In this document: positions 30,933-46,407 of the stretch, piece by piece
Numbering within the stretch: position 1 is the first letter of the stretch
Layout: each line of letters starts with the position of its first letter
Assembly (NCBI RefSeq): GCF_009914755.1
Contig: NC_060930.1
Source: the human T2T-CHM13v2.0 reference genome, Homo sapiens
DNA length: 64,000 nt
Strand: one strand, 5' to 3'
Translations under genes and position numbers: made by a program
Notes under the pieces: generated by a model
Database searches by the model: none
What the model saw: only the letters and a program-made list of their open reading frames with translations
Told to the model about the DNA's origin: nothing

Positions 30933-33900
30933 ATAGCAAGGTCTTTTGTGGTGTGTTTAAGTGTTGCTTAGTTTATTCCTGTGCTCACAAAATCAACAGG
31001 TGCAGGTTGCAAGGACAAAGTGATAGTTTTGATCTAAGAAATTTCTCGTAACATTTCTTCACAAACACTTAGAGAAGCACTAGAAGCAGTGGCCTGTGTA
31101 AAGAAGTCACCAAAGAAAGATGACCTGCTTGCCTTAGTCCTAAGCATAATTTTAGACAGAAAAATATAAAAGAAATTCCTCTGCTATTCATTTATTAATA
31201 ATGTACAATACAGTGAACACAACATAGGTTCAGCATCACATAATTTTGATATTTTATATAAACAAAAACAGAAAATTTTTTCTCCAAAATTAGGAAAATC
31301 AAAGATACAATTTTCTTTAAAATTCCCTTAGGTAGGTAGGTACAAATATTAACTTCCTCGATGTTGTATCAAAATATATGGTATGGCCCAAGACTATCCT
31401 TATATGACTAGTTTTTTATTTAGAAATAAGTTTAAAAGCAAGAGCACATTATCTGATTTTAGAGATCCCAAGGAAAACAAGCTCTACCACAAATAAATAG
31501 ATGTAGAAGAAAACAATTAAGGAAAATGTGCTTAACTCCTTGAAGAAAAAATGAGATATGGTAAATTTGGGGCACCTTGTGCTTGCTTTAGTTAATAATT
31601 TTCAAAACTTGTTGAACAATTAAGGTATGAAATCTTTTATCAAATAAACAGCTCTCAGTTAAGTCTTACCTGGAAACCACCTTTAGGTAGTAAGTGTGGA
31701 AGAGGGGGTCTAGTGGTGAGGCCATTAGCTGGCTCTCACTCTCTTCTGTTAGGGGAGTTATGCAGGAACCCTTAACTCCAAGAGGCAGAAGAGCCTGGGT
31801 GGAGGTGAGAGGAAGGGGGATCAGAGGGAGAGGAAGCAGGAAGGTTACTGCTAAGTTCTGACTCAAGGGAAGCAGTTTCAGGCAGAGTTAAGGAAGTCAA
31901 AGGTTTCTTTCTAGGTAGAGAAGCCCAGTTCATCAGCCTATGAAAGAACACTGGAATTTAGAACACAAACTCTTTCTAGGGTGTAATGATTGTACACTGG
32001 TTAGTGTTACTTAGTACTGTATTTCTAAGGAAACCAAGCTTGCTGATGGGACAGAAGAGGGAGACAATTTTCAATGTCATTTTCCTCTAACTGTATGGTC
32101 TCTCTCACAGGTATACAAGGTAAGTATCAAAGATTTGTTTCCTTCTGTTTTTAAGACTGTATAGTATTCCATTGTGTATATATGCCACATTCATTCATTC
32201 AACTGCTAATGAACACTAAGGTTGATTTCATATCTTGACTATCATGAATAATGCTGCAATGACTATGGGAGTGCAGATACCTCTTCAACATGTTAATTTC
32301 AGTTCCCAATAGGGATATCACTTTGAATCCTAGACAATCAAGGCTCAGCACTAAGACATTCTGCAAAACTTCTTCCTTTCTTTCAGTTTAGTATATTCTA
32401 TCCAGATGCCTAATTTATTGGGTGATTATAATTTAAGCATTTTCACTGACTATCTTATTTAATACTCACTGAAATCCAATAAGAAAAAGGATGTTTAGGG
32501 ATATTAAGTAACTTGTCCACAGTCATTCTGTCAGTACAAGGTGCGGCCAGGATTTCCATATAGGTCCTTTTGACATGAAAGCCTGTGCTCTTGACCACAT
32601 GGTACTAAGTGCCCTAAAATGTGGTCCTTGGCACTAGGGGAACATATACTCACAGCCCTAAAGATTACCATATATTTGGGGATCCCAAAAAGACTAGACT
32701 TGTACTGGGTTCAGTACTAGGCCCAAAGCATGGAAATGACAGGTATCAGTTCACAACAAAGAAAAACCATTCAAAATGTACAACTACAGTACTCCCAGAC
32801 TGCTTTGTGTATAGTGAGCACTCTCCTATTCCAAGGGACCAAGCCTTCACTTACTCTGTGGTCTCTTTCCACTCAAAGATTCTTGGGTCCTATGTGCTCC
32901 CACACCTCCATAAATCTCCCCAAACAGATTACAAATAAAATAAGAACTATGCAAAGTATCGAAATACAAAATTTTTCTAAAAAATGTAAAAAAAATTTTC
33001 AAAAAATTTCAGACATCTTTTTTTTGCAAGTCCACCTAAACCCAATCATATGAAAATTATAGAAATAGAGACATCAGAACTAGTTTACATTTGAGTATCT
33101 ACAAATAGTCTTTCCAACCAAAGGAAGAACATTTTAAATAACTTGCCTAAAGGAAAAGCAAACAGATCTCTAAAAATAGCCCCACAAAACAAATGCATTA
33201 GGAAGACAAACTCAAATACTGAAAACATATATTTAACTAGAAAATACTTAATCTTATATTTTAAATGGATTTTTGTTTATGTCAGTTAATTAAAAATATG
33301 TCTTAAGTACCTATAGGCTTCTTTCTTAGAAGGGCCTGAAATCTAACTGGGAGAGCAGAAGTGACAAAATCGCCAATTTATAATTAAATATCAATCATCT
33401 TATCATCACTTATTAGGCTTAAAAATATGTCTTTTAGTGGAATAGTATAAATACATACATAAAAATATGGCTCATAGTAGAAAGTTGATAAGGAGAGAGA
33501 GGCTAAATCAAGTCGAGCCTCCGCAGTCCCTTCAGAAGCCAGATTGGAGATGCAGTTCCCCAGCTCCCTCACTTCACTCTTCCAAGAGTATCCTATCCAA
33601 AACTATTCACTGCTGATAGCACCATCATTGTAGATGCACTGTGGCTGGCCTACTCATTTTTAAAAACAAATTAACAGCAAACATGTAAATACTGGAAAAT
33701 TTTCACATAAAAATTCAGATGTGGAATACTGGCCCTAGTGGTTTCCCCTTTAAAGAAAGGACACGTAAAGGACCTGTGCTTTCCAGTCTGACACAGTCCT
33801 TGCATGTATGATACCTGGCCCCTGGTGACATATGACTTTGGAGCCCCTGGCATGAAGTAAGTGATGGATGACATTGCTGTATTCAGAGAGTAAAGGAAAA

Positions 33901-36159
33901 GGTAGAGGAGGAGAGGTAGGGATCGTGGTAATTGATAGACTGGGGATGAAATTTTTAAAAATAAGAAAACTGGAGAAGAGGGGATAAAACAAAACAGAAA
34001 GCTTTCAAAATATTTCAATTAAATGGACAACAAACAAAAATAGATAGTTCCATGTTTCTACTGACATCCAAGTGTTCACTTCATTCTGCTGTATCCCCAA
34101 ATACCCTGGTTAACATTTCCAATGCCCAGGAAATGGAAGAAAGCTGTATGACTCATGTAAATGCTGGCTCAGGCTCCCGACGAATCTAGCTGGACCCACC
34201 CACCCATCACTACTGCTAATGACTCCCTGCTGGTTTTTGCTCCCGTACCTACCCTTGGTCAACAGGTAGGAAGCATTAGTAAATTTTAGCTATTAGGTGA
34301 TGTTGTCTATTCACACTTGTTTGATCCAGGGGTAGATGACTAAGCCAATATAATTGTCACTTCAGGAAATATGAAACAACAGAGACACAGAAACTAGAAG
34401 TTATTGCAACTGTGTCACCTTAATAACAGCTCTCAGGATACAAAGTCCATGAGTTCCGTATCTATCCTTCCCAAGCTTGGTTGTTAAACCTCCTTTGAGA
34501 TGTCCCTGTATCTTTCCAATACATATCTTTCTGTAATTCAGAAGGTTTTTTTCTTTTAAATTCATTGTCTCCATTACTGGAGACAACAAAAACTTAGACA
34601 AACATGTTAGTGTTAAAAAAAAAAGCAATTATAGATATTCAGTTCTTCTCTATTGACACATAAGCAAAGTTATGTCTTTATATCTTCTTTATGCTTCCAT
34701 TTTCATTACCTGTCTTCATTAATGAGACTTCAGAAAATTGCTTTTGATAATAGCTTTTACACACTTACTCTTTCACTACAAACAGTAGACACTTAAGTGA
34801 AATAATTACTTTTTCATTAAAAACAAAAACTTTTATTACTGCACAGAAGCAAAGTCTATGAAACTTTAAGTGCCTGGCACTCCCACTGCCCTCTTCTGAG
34901 GAAAGCAGGGCTGTTCCATGTACATTCAGTGAAAACAATTCTGCTGCTACCTTAAGCTGCACCCGATCGGAACCAGGGATCAGTGCCTGATCCCTCTGAG
35001 CTGGCTTGGTGGAAAACTCTGCTCAGGTGGGATGCTTCATATTGCATGGTAGCAAACCAATCCAACCACAGCCTCCTCTCAAGAATAAATGCTAAGTTCA
35101 TTCCAAATGTCCTTAACAATATTTGGGTTTTCCCTGACATTTGTTGCACATCCTCCTCTTAGAACACCTGAGATCCATCTGGAACAACTGTGTGGCTCAA
35201 AGCCCCCGTATCTGCACTAAAGGCCCCAGTAGATTTCATTTTATCTCTCTTTCCTGAGGTGATCTGGACCTGTCCCTTCCTTGCTTTACCCCTAGAGGAA
35301 GCTATATGGCAGGACGGGAAGCAGAAACAGCCTGCAAGAATACCTGACTTTTATTTTCCACAAGCCTGAATCTTTTGAGGTGGGCATAACCTGGAGGCAC
35401 AAATGTTCCCTCCCATTCCCTGACACCGTGGTATGCATCTTACAGGACCCCAGAACCTTAACACAATTCTGAGGTGGAAGAAATGGGGAACACCAGGCCT
35501 GGCCTCATGGAGACCGGGGAGTCAGAACCTGAGGTGAGTTGAAAAAAAGACAAGGGGACACCTCTTACCCCAGAGTGTACAGACTGAGATTCAAACTCAC
35601 CGTGTGGGTAGCAGCTGTTTCTTATGTACTTCAGAATCCCAGGTCTTAGGAGGGGGCCCCTGATGAATAATGTCTGTTGGGTGAATTTATTGGCTTGGCA
35701 GCTTGGCTTCAGCAGCTTGGTCAAATGTGAGTAGAAATTCAGAAAGAAAGCTCTGCCACAACCAAGGCTAAAAATGCCCCAAGTGTCTATCTGTCTGTCT
35801 CTCTCTCGCACACACACATACACAGAGCCCACCAACGGGATCAGCACAGCAGCTACTTCCTTCCTCCAGCATCCTTTCTCATTTTAAGGCTGCTTTGAAT
35901 TATTCTAGATCCAGGGAAGAAGGGAATGTATTTCCTTTCTTGCTTGTTGCCACCTTATTCCAAATCAGGTAAGAAAAGATAGTGTTTGAGGGGGGAAGAT
36001 GTTAGGACCTTTGAGTTATCCAACCAGTCTCCCAGAATGAGAAGTGAGAAAAGCACAAGGTGCCTTGAGAGCATCAAGTGGAAGTGGCAGCAGAGGCGTC
36101 TGGAAAGCAGGTGGTGGATGAAGATCACAGCAGGGCTTGCATGTGACACTGGGGCCCAG

Positions 36160-36191
36160 ACTTCATCTTCATCTTCATCTTCATCTTCATC
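36160..36191. repeat. (CTTCAT)5 hexanucleotide microsatellite
   Basis: cttcatcttcatcttcatcttcatcttcatc. Confidence 0.9.
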
Positions 36192-37554
36192 CAGTAGGAG
36201 CTGGATTGTTGCTGAAGGGTTATAAGTAGTTTGCCCGTATAGCTGTGTGACTCGTGGACTGAAGAGGGATCACACTCAGACAAGATTAGTGAGCAGTTAC
36301 TGTAATGGTCCAGCAATAAATGATGAGAGCCTGAACTAAATCATTGAAATTGGGGGGGAATGGAGAGGATGAATTTGAGAAACATTTAGAGACTGGAAAA
36401 AAGAAGGCTGGAGGAAGGTAGGGCTGAGGCTGCTAGGGTAAGAAGTGAAACTAGCTTACTATGCAGGAATGAGAAGAAGGTCAGAAGTCAAGCAAAACTG
36501 TAATAGTGGGGAGACAGAGAATAGCAGTAGGAAAATGAGTGGGTCCCAGTCAAGTCATACAAGGAGAGCTCAAGATGATGAGGTTCTTTTTGATAAGCCT
36601 CCTAATTTGTGGTGACTCAAACTGGTTTAAGATACAAGGCTGGCTAGACACCAACTTCCAAGAGACCTGCATTTTCTTCCAACTATAGCTCTGGCTCCTG
36701 GAGCTGCTGCGAGTGAGTGGTGGAAACCTGCCCCCTTAGAGAAGCTGCAGCTGATCAGCATCATGCAAGGGACTGCTGAGATGGTAGCATGCTGGTAATG
36801 AAGTGTTATGGAGCCACTCCATCCTTTATTCATCCTTTTCCTCATACACACAGAGAGCAAAGGTGTATAAACCATCTTGTTCATTGTCCCCTTTCACACA
36901 GGAGTTGTTTTGGGGAACATAATAGTCACGCCATTTACACATATTTCTTATAACATTTTATGAGCCATGATATTCTACTTAAAAGCACAAAAATAACAAT
37001 ATCCCTATTTCTTCTGACTTCCAATTGTCTGTAAGTAATAATTGTTCCCACTGCATTTATGAAGTAAATTCACTCATTCTTTCACAGTGCCCATCACAGG
37101 GCAGTTAGAATCCTGTGCTACAGCTGTGCAGCCCACACCCCTCTCCTCCTTAGTCATCATGTACACTTAGGATCTGTGTGAATTCCAATCCCCTGACCTT
37201 CCTCCCCTTCACAGCTGCCCTCCTGACCCTGAAATATTGCTTGGGTGTTTTTTCTCCTCCCTTTCTCAACCGGGGATTTCCAAGCCAGCCTAATAGCTTC
37301 CTCCAACAATAATAAAGCAAAGAAGAATTTTTAAAAATGTGTATCTGTGTCCATAAAACAATATGATGAATTCTATCACAAAAAACAAGCACACCATAGA
37401 ACATATGACTATATGTTCCTTTGTGCCATCCTTCACTCTCTTCCTCAACTGGCCTTGTGTTTGTGTCCACAGCACAGGAACCAGCTACAGAATTTGCAAG
37501 TGGAGAATCCAGGTACCTTTAAAAGTCTATTTAGTGAAAATCTCTGGCTATTGA

Positions 37555-38016
37555 TGTGACGGTTAATTTTATGTGCCAACTTGGCTAGGCCATGGTACCC
37601 AGTTTTTCATAAAAGATCAGTCTAGATGTTGTGAAGGTATATTTTTAAATGTGATTAACATTTTATTCAGTGGACTTCAAGTAAAGCAGATTATCCTCCA
37701 TATAGTGGGTGGGCCTTCTCCAATCAGGCCTTAAGAGCAAAGACCATGGTTTCTCAAAGAAAGAATTTTCCTCAAGACTGCAACATAGAGACCTTGCCTG
37801 AGTTTCCAGCCTGATACCCTGAAGAATTTGGACTCAAGACTGCAATATCAGCTCTTTCCTGAATTTCTAGCCTGCTGGCCTGCCCTACAGATTTTAGATC
37901 TCCCAGCCCAATTGCATGAGCTAATTCCTTAAAATAAATAAATCTCTGTGTGTGTATGTGTGCTGTAACTAATATATCCTATTGGTCTGTTTCTCTGGAG
38001 AACCCTAACTAACACA
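37555..38016 (+). mobile_element. MLT2 (ERVL) solo LTR
   Basis: TG...CA ends: tgtgacggttaattttatgtgccaacttggctaggcc...ctggagaaccctaactaacaca. 5-bp TSD attga/attgt; AATAAA at about 37934. Confidence 0.88.
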
Positions 38017-38875
38017 ATTGTCTACCATATTACTGCATAAAAGACTTATGACTCACCTTTACTACATTTCAGGGAAGTAGAAACACCTGCCATAATTCAC
38101 ATTTTACAGTTTTATGGAAAGTAGGCAGGACTTTCACCAAGCTGAGTTAGGAAGCCAGAGTGCTTCACCCAGCCCCATAATTAACTACCCATACTACTAC
38201 ACAAGAAAATTACTTAACATCTTTAACTTGCTCGTATTCTAAACATGAATAATCATACCTACTTCACTAGATATTAGTATTAAAATGAAATAATGTATGT
38301 AAATCCTGTAATATGATGCCTGCTCAGCACATACTACTCAATACATTTCCATAGCATTTTATTATAAAATAAAAAGATAAAACAAAAACTAGATATCGAG
38401 TACTTAGAATTGCAGTGATTATAGCTATATGACCAAAAATATATCATTTTGAGGACTTGAAAAAAATATCTACCTCCCTTCACATCACCTGCATGCTGTT
38501 GCCTAAATTTCCAGTAACAGATACATTCTTTTGGTTTAAAGCTTTTTATTTCTAATCAAACTACCCATGGATGAAAAATATTAAGTGGCACAGTATCAGT
38601 CATTTATGCTTCAGTATGAATAAGGCCACCAGACTATGTCCTGCAGAAGTGTTTTGATAAAACGAAAAGGGAACACTGAGGCTCCTAGAAGTAGATAAGC
38701 TGCCTAGATCACAATTTTTCCTGGAGCCATTTCTGACAATCACAGAGACAGAGATTCAAGGAGTCAAATGAGTCTGTCCTAACAGAAACAGCCTAGCCCA
38801 ATTCAGAACACCATTCAAAAGAAATATGGCCTGGAACACTTTAATTGTGACAATCTACCTCCCTGCTTCCCTAGT

Positions 38876-39286
<411 letters not shown>

Positions 39287-39585
39287 TGAAAGTAAAAGCT
39301 CATTACTGCTCTGTTGAGTCATAGGGACAGATGGCGTTACCTTCTCACCTGCCTTCCTGATTCTCTAGGTAGAATATAATCTTTGATGGGATCTGATGGA
39401 GTCTGAAAATCTGCTACCAAAAACTGCTGCCACAATGTCTGAAATGTTCCCATTAGAGCATTTCTAAGGCACAGGGAGATTTTGAGTTTTATCATCTTCT
39501 AAAACACAAAGATAGCTAAATTCAACTGGATTACTAAAATGATATACATAAAGTACATATAGGCATTCAATAAATTAGAGCTATG

Positions 39586-39915
<330 letters not shown>

Positions 39916-39929
39916 AGAGCTATGTTGTT

Positions 39930-40460
39930 CTTATTCCAAGTCACATTCACCTCTTGCCTGAACAATTATTGGAAAATATCTTCCAACTGATCTTGCTTGC
40001 CTCCTTGTCCTCAACGATCTATTCTCCATACAGAAGCTAGATCCAGTCTTCAAAGACCTAAGTCAGAGTACATCATGCCTGTGCTCAAAACCCTCCTGTG
40101 GCTTTCCACTTCACTTAGGATAAAATCCAAAGCCTGCACCATGACTTACAAGGCCTCCTGATGTGCTGTTAGGTCTCTGCTCAAATGTCAACCTTTTAAA
40201 GAAAGTTCTTCCCCTAAAAGCCTTATGTAACTTTACCCTCCTCACCAATTACTCTATGCCCCTTATCCTGCTTCACTTTCCCCCACAGCACTTATTACCA
40301 TCTGAAACATTATGTATTTACTTGTTAATCTGCTTGTTGTCTGTCTCCTCCACCAGAAAGTAAGCCCTTTGTTTCATTCATGCTGTGTCCCCAGTTCCTA
40401 GCATGGTGGCAAACCCATAGCAGGTGCTCAGAAAATATTTGTGAAATGGGAAAATGAACA
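39930..40460 (+). mobile_element. L2 3' fragment
   Basis: ctcaaaaccctcctgtggctttcc, ctctgctcaaatgtcaacc, catagcaggtgctcagaaaatatttgtgaaatg. Confidence 0.7.
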
Positions 40461-41157
40461 GTAAAAGAATTTTGCAAAAGCACCCATACTAACTAGCACA
40501 CAGTTTGTATGTACTCAACGAGTACCAATTTCCTGCAATAAATATTAGTTTTTTCTTATTTATCTTTATTTCTTATTTATCTTATTTATCATCGCCTGCA
40601 ATACTTGCCCTGAAGCTTGTTACAGAACAACAGATTTAAAGCACAACATAGTCTCACAACCCACAGTTAAACCCTCCTAACCATAAATCAGAAATGGGAT
40701 TGCTCTCAGCAAGCTAACTGGGGGGATAACAGAGAACCGAGGCTAGACCTGGCCCTGCAGTCTGGCAGAGCTCTGTGCCTCCTGACCCAGCTTCACTACT
40801 TATTAGCTATAGGACTTTGGACAAACTACTTAAACTTTCTAAGCTTTGGCTTTCTTATTTATAAAGAATATCTACCTCTTAGGGTTGCTATATTAAATGA
40901 CCTAATGCCCATTGCCGAGCACAGAGCCTGACTCATAGGAAGTGCTTAAGAAATGCCCACTACTGTTAATATTGTTGGTCAGCATCAATAAAAATGCTGT
41001 TGATATGAAATGCCTGTCTTTATAACTTCATTTCTTTTACAGTCTCATTTATGGTTATCTCTGGAGTTATAGGGAGCTGATAAAGTTCCAAAAGAGTTTT
41101 TAAAAGATTTAAAAACAGGAAATAATGATAGTCATTTATTTATAAAAAGCAGGGCTT

Positions 41158-41479
<322 letters not shown>

Positions 41480-43308
41480 TCAGAAAAAACTATTTTTCAC
41501 TTCCCTAGTATCCTGAAACGTCTGCATCTCAGACTTCTTGATTCTTCTGCTTTAATAAACAGACGGGTGTGCCTGGAGTCATGGTGATTACCCGTGTTCT
41601 AGAAATAAACTTCAGAAAGCTGTGTTGCCTCTTTAATACTCCCATAAATTCCAAATATTATTATGTAGTTTTTTTAAAAAACATTAAATGTCTGGGTTTT
41701 CTAAATCAATTTTAAACATGGGGGGTGTCAGTTCATTTTACAAAACATGCAAGTAGAAATAATTATTTTTAATTTGTAAGTATAAACAATTTTAAATGCT
41801 TAGCTAAACATGGCATATAAACAGGAAAACAATGCAGCGTTGAAGAGAGTGTTCTCAACTATGAGGTCTTGCTTCCAATCGTGGTTCTGATAGTTCAGCA
41901 TCTCAGGTCACTGTTCTGGGCCTTATTTCCTTAAAACAACAACTCAGGCTGGATGACTTTTGATGTTCCTAAATTGTCCACAAATCCATCATCTCTAAAG
42001 CTTTTTTGATATACAAATTCCATACCTTTAATGTTTCATTTTCAAACTTCTAAAGAGCCTCTTTATATAGTTACCCTGAACTAAGTTTAAATGCTAATGA
42101 GTCAGAGATATTGTGTATTGAGTAGCACATGTAAGAAAACAGAAAATACCCTCTCCCAATGCCACAACTCACCGTCCTCTCAAAAAAAAGAAGTGTATTT
42201 TGGACTACAACATTTTTTTAGAATGTTGTTAACTACCAAAAACAAAAATAAAAACCAATGATAAAATAAATCAACAATAAAATAAAATAATTTGACAATC
42301 ACAACTGCTATTTAACAATTTTTATCTGATTTTATCACAAAAATATTCCATGAACATTTTCTCTATTGGAGTTTTAGGTTCAACTCCAAATTATAACAAA
42401 ACATGGTGCAATTAGGAAGTTGATTTGGCCTAACAGAAATGACAAATATGTACTGAAATTTGAGAGTTGAAATAAGTGAGTCACTACAGCACTTCTCAAT
42501 ACCCTATGTAAACATGAATTCTACCCTCTGTGGGAAATGAAGGTCCTTTGTCATCTGCTTTAAGACCAAGAGATAAGAAACAATTGGCTAAATGTACTGC
42601 ACAGCCCTACATAGAAATGAAATTATACTAAAAATAAGGACTAAAAGCTATGCCTTGGCAGACGATGGCTACTGTACTTTGATAATGATGTACAGATTTT
42701 TTAAAAAACTTTTGGTGGCTCTAGGTATGGATGCTAGAACTTTGGGGTACATATGGCTCTGATCTGAGGGGACCTATTTTGGGGAGTCTAGTCATACAAA
42801 AACAAGGCAAGGGTTTCTCAGATATATTGCAGACTTGACTTCCTAACAAACCTTCCTGCTGTACAGTAGCTTAAAATGCTGGATAAAATATTTTTAAATG
42901 AATCAGCAAAGGGGCAGGAAAATAAGAAAAATTCTTAGAGGCTAGAGCAATAGAAAAGCAAAAGCACAAATACAGAAATGTTAGGCTGATTCCCTCTCAT
43001 CTAAAGTTTCACTTGACAAACAGGAGACAGAAGAGTAGGACGACCTGCTCAGGGGACAGAAGACAAAGCCAAAGGAGTCTCAGTGAAAAACACAAAAATA
43101 GAAACAAACAAATAAAGCCAGGGAAGCATGAACTAGGAAAACCAAAGAAAAATACCCTGAGATTGCAAGGACACTTGCCCATGTCAAGCTTGTGGCTGGA
43201 CAGAGAAGAAAAAGAAAAAAAACTTCATAACCACAAGCTGATTCTCATGTGTATTTTATGGCCCAAGTTCACACAATCTATGCAGTATGAAAAACTCTGA
43301 AACTGAGA

Positions 43309-43603
43309 TTTTATTTTTATTTATTTTTTTGAGACAGGGAATCGCTCTGTCACCAAGGCTGAAGTGCAGTGGTACAATCTCAGCCTCAACCTCCCAGGCT
43401 GAAACGAGCCTCCCACCTCAGCCTCCCGAGTAGCCGAGACTACAGGCAGGCGCCATCATGCCCAGTTAATTTTTTTGATTTTTAGTAGAGACGATGTCTT
43501 GTTATGTTGCCCAGGCTAGTCTTGAACTCCCGAGCTCAAGCGATCCACCTGCCTCGGCCTCCTAAAGTGCTGGGATTACAGGCATGAGCCACCCGCACCC
43601 AGC
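43309..43603 (-). mobile_element. AluJ
   Basis: Reverse dimer, TSD ctgagatttt. Confidence 0.88.
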
Positions 43604-43727
43604 TGAGATTTTTTTTTTTAGATTTCCCTGGCAAAACTAACAGAATATCCACTCTAGAGAAATGTACTTTCAAGCCTAGCCTCTAAAATTACCACAGATA
43701 AAGTTCAGTCAAAAATGAGCTCGTGGT

Positions 43728-44072
43728 GAGACAGGACTAGCTGGATTTCCTAGGCCAACTAAGAATCCCGAAGCCTAGCTGGGAAGGTGACCACATCCAC
43801 CTTTAAACACGGGGCTTGCAACTTAGCTCATACCCAACCAATCAGGTAGTAAAGAGAGCTCACTAAAATGCTAATTAGGCAAAAACAGGAGGTAAGGAAA
43901 TAGCCAATCATCTATCGCCTGAGAGCACAAGGGGAGGGACAATGATCGGGATATAAACCCAGGCACTCGAGCCAGCAAAGGCAACCCCCTTTGGGTTCCC
44001 TCCCATTTTATGGGAGCCCTATTTTCACTCTATTAAATCTTGCAACTGCAAAAAAAAAAAAAAAAAAAAAAA
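43728..44072 (+). mobile_element. HERV-W LTR17 U3-R fragment with poly(A) tail (L1-mediated retrocopy)
   Basis: gagacaggactagctggatttcctaggcc...tattaaatcttgcaactgca matches LTR17 U3-R. U5 is absent and replaced by about 22 A. TSD aaaatgagctcgtggt/aaaagagctcatggt. Confidence 0.92.
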
Positions 44073-44079
44073 GAGCTCA

Positions 44080-44469
<390 letters not shown>

Positions 44470-44767
44470 TTACATATAAAATAAACATATTTTATATATT
44501 TAAATAAAGGGAAAAGAGTATCAAAAGTAGGAGTTAGGAATAAGAGACTGTCAAAAATACCAAGCAATGAAAATATAATAATATAAATTAAAATTCAGTG
44601 AACAAAGAATATGTATATATAAAGAACCCACTCAAATCAGTAAAAAACATACAAACAACCAAAGAAGAAAAATAGCAAATGAAATGGACAGACATTTTGC
44701 AGAAGAGAAAACATATATGGCTAATAAACATACAAAAAGATATAAACATATGAAAAAATGTGTGGGG

Positions 44768-45420
<653 letters not shown>

Positions 45421-46407
45421 AAAAGAGGTGTGGCATCATTAACAATCAGGGTAAAGCAAATCAAGCCCACAATGAGGTTAACAGATTGCATGTATTCAAC
45501 TGGAAAAAAAAATTAAGTCTAATATTACTATGTGTTGAAAAGAACGTGGCTCCTCATGCTCGCTTAGACGTGGCTGAGGAAAGTATAAATGGGTGCAGGT
45601 ATTTTGAAAAAGAGTTTGGCATTATCTCCTGAAGTTGAACTTTCATGTATGTCCAGCGATTCTACTAAGAATTGATCCAGTAATTCCACTAAGCATATAC
45701 ACAAGAAAAACTGCACATGAACAGTAAGAGGCATGTACAAGAAAATGCACAGTGGCACTCATACAGTAAAGGCCTGAAAACAAATGTCCCACTTACAGGA
45801 GAGCAAATGAGCAAACTGTGGTATAGTCATACAAAAGTTGAAACAAATAAACTATAGTGAACAATATTATTAGCAATACTATTAGCAATAGCATATTAAG
45901 TGAAAAAAGGTAGTTTCAAATAATTACATAAAGTATGATAACATTTTTTATTAAGTTAAAAGTAACTAAAATTTTAAAATTAAAATTTTTTAAGCTAGGC
46001 GCAGTGGCTCATACCTGTAGTCACAGCTACTCAAGAGGATGAGGTGGAGGAATCACTTGAGCCCAGGAGTTTGAGGCTGCAGTGAGCTATGATGGCACCA
46101 CTGCACTCTAGCCTGGGCAACAGAGTAAGACTCCACCTCTAAGAAAACAAATAAATAAAATAAAAAATTTAAACTTTTTAGGAATAAATAGACTAGCAAT
46201 AAAACTCTGTGAACAGGGAAACAAGAGAATGATGAAATGTGTTTCAGAATGATGGTTATCTTGAGTAAGAACACTCAGGCCAATGGAAAAAGAGACCATA
46301 TCATTAGACATAGGTTACTACCAAGATCTTAGCTTTTGTTTTGAGTGGGGGTGTATAGGTATTTATCAGATAGATAGAAAGATAGAGTAATTTAAAAATA
46401 AATAGGT

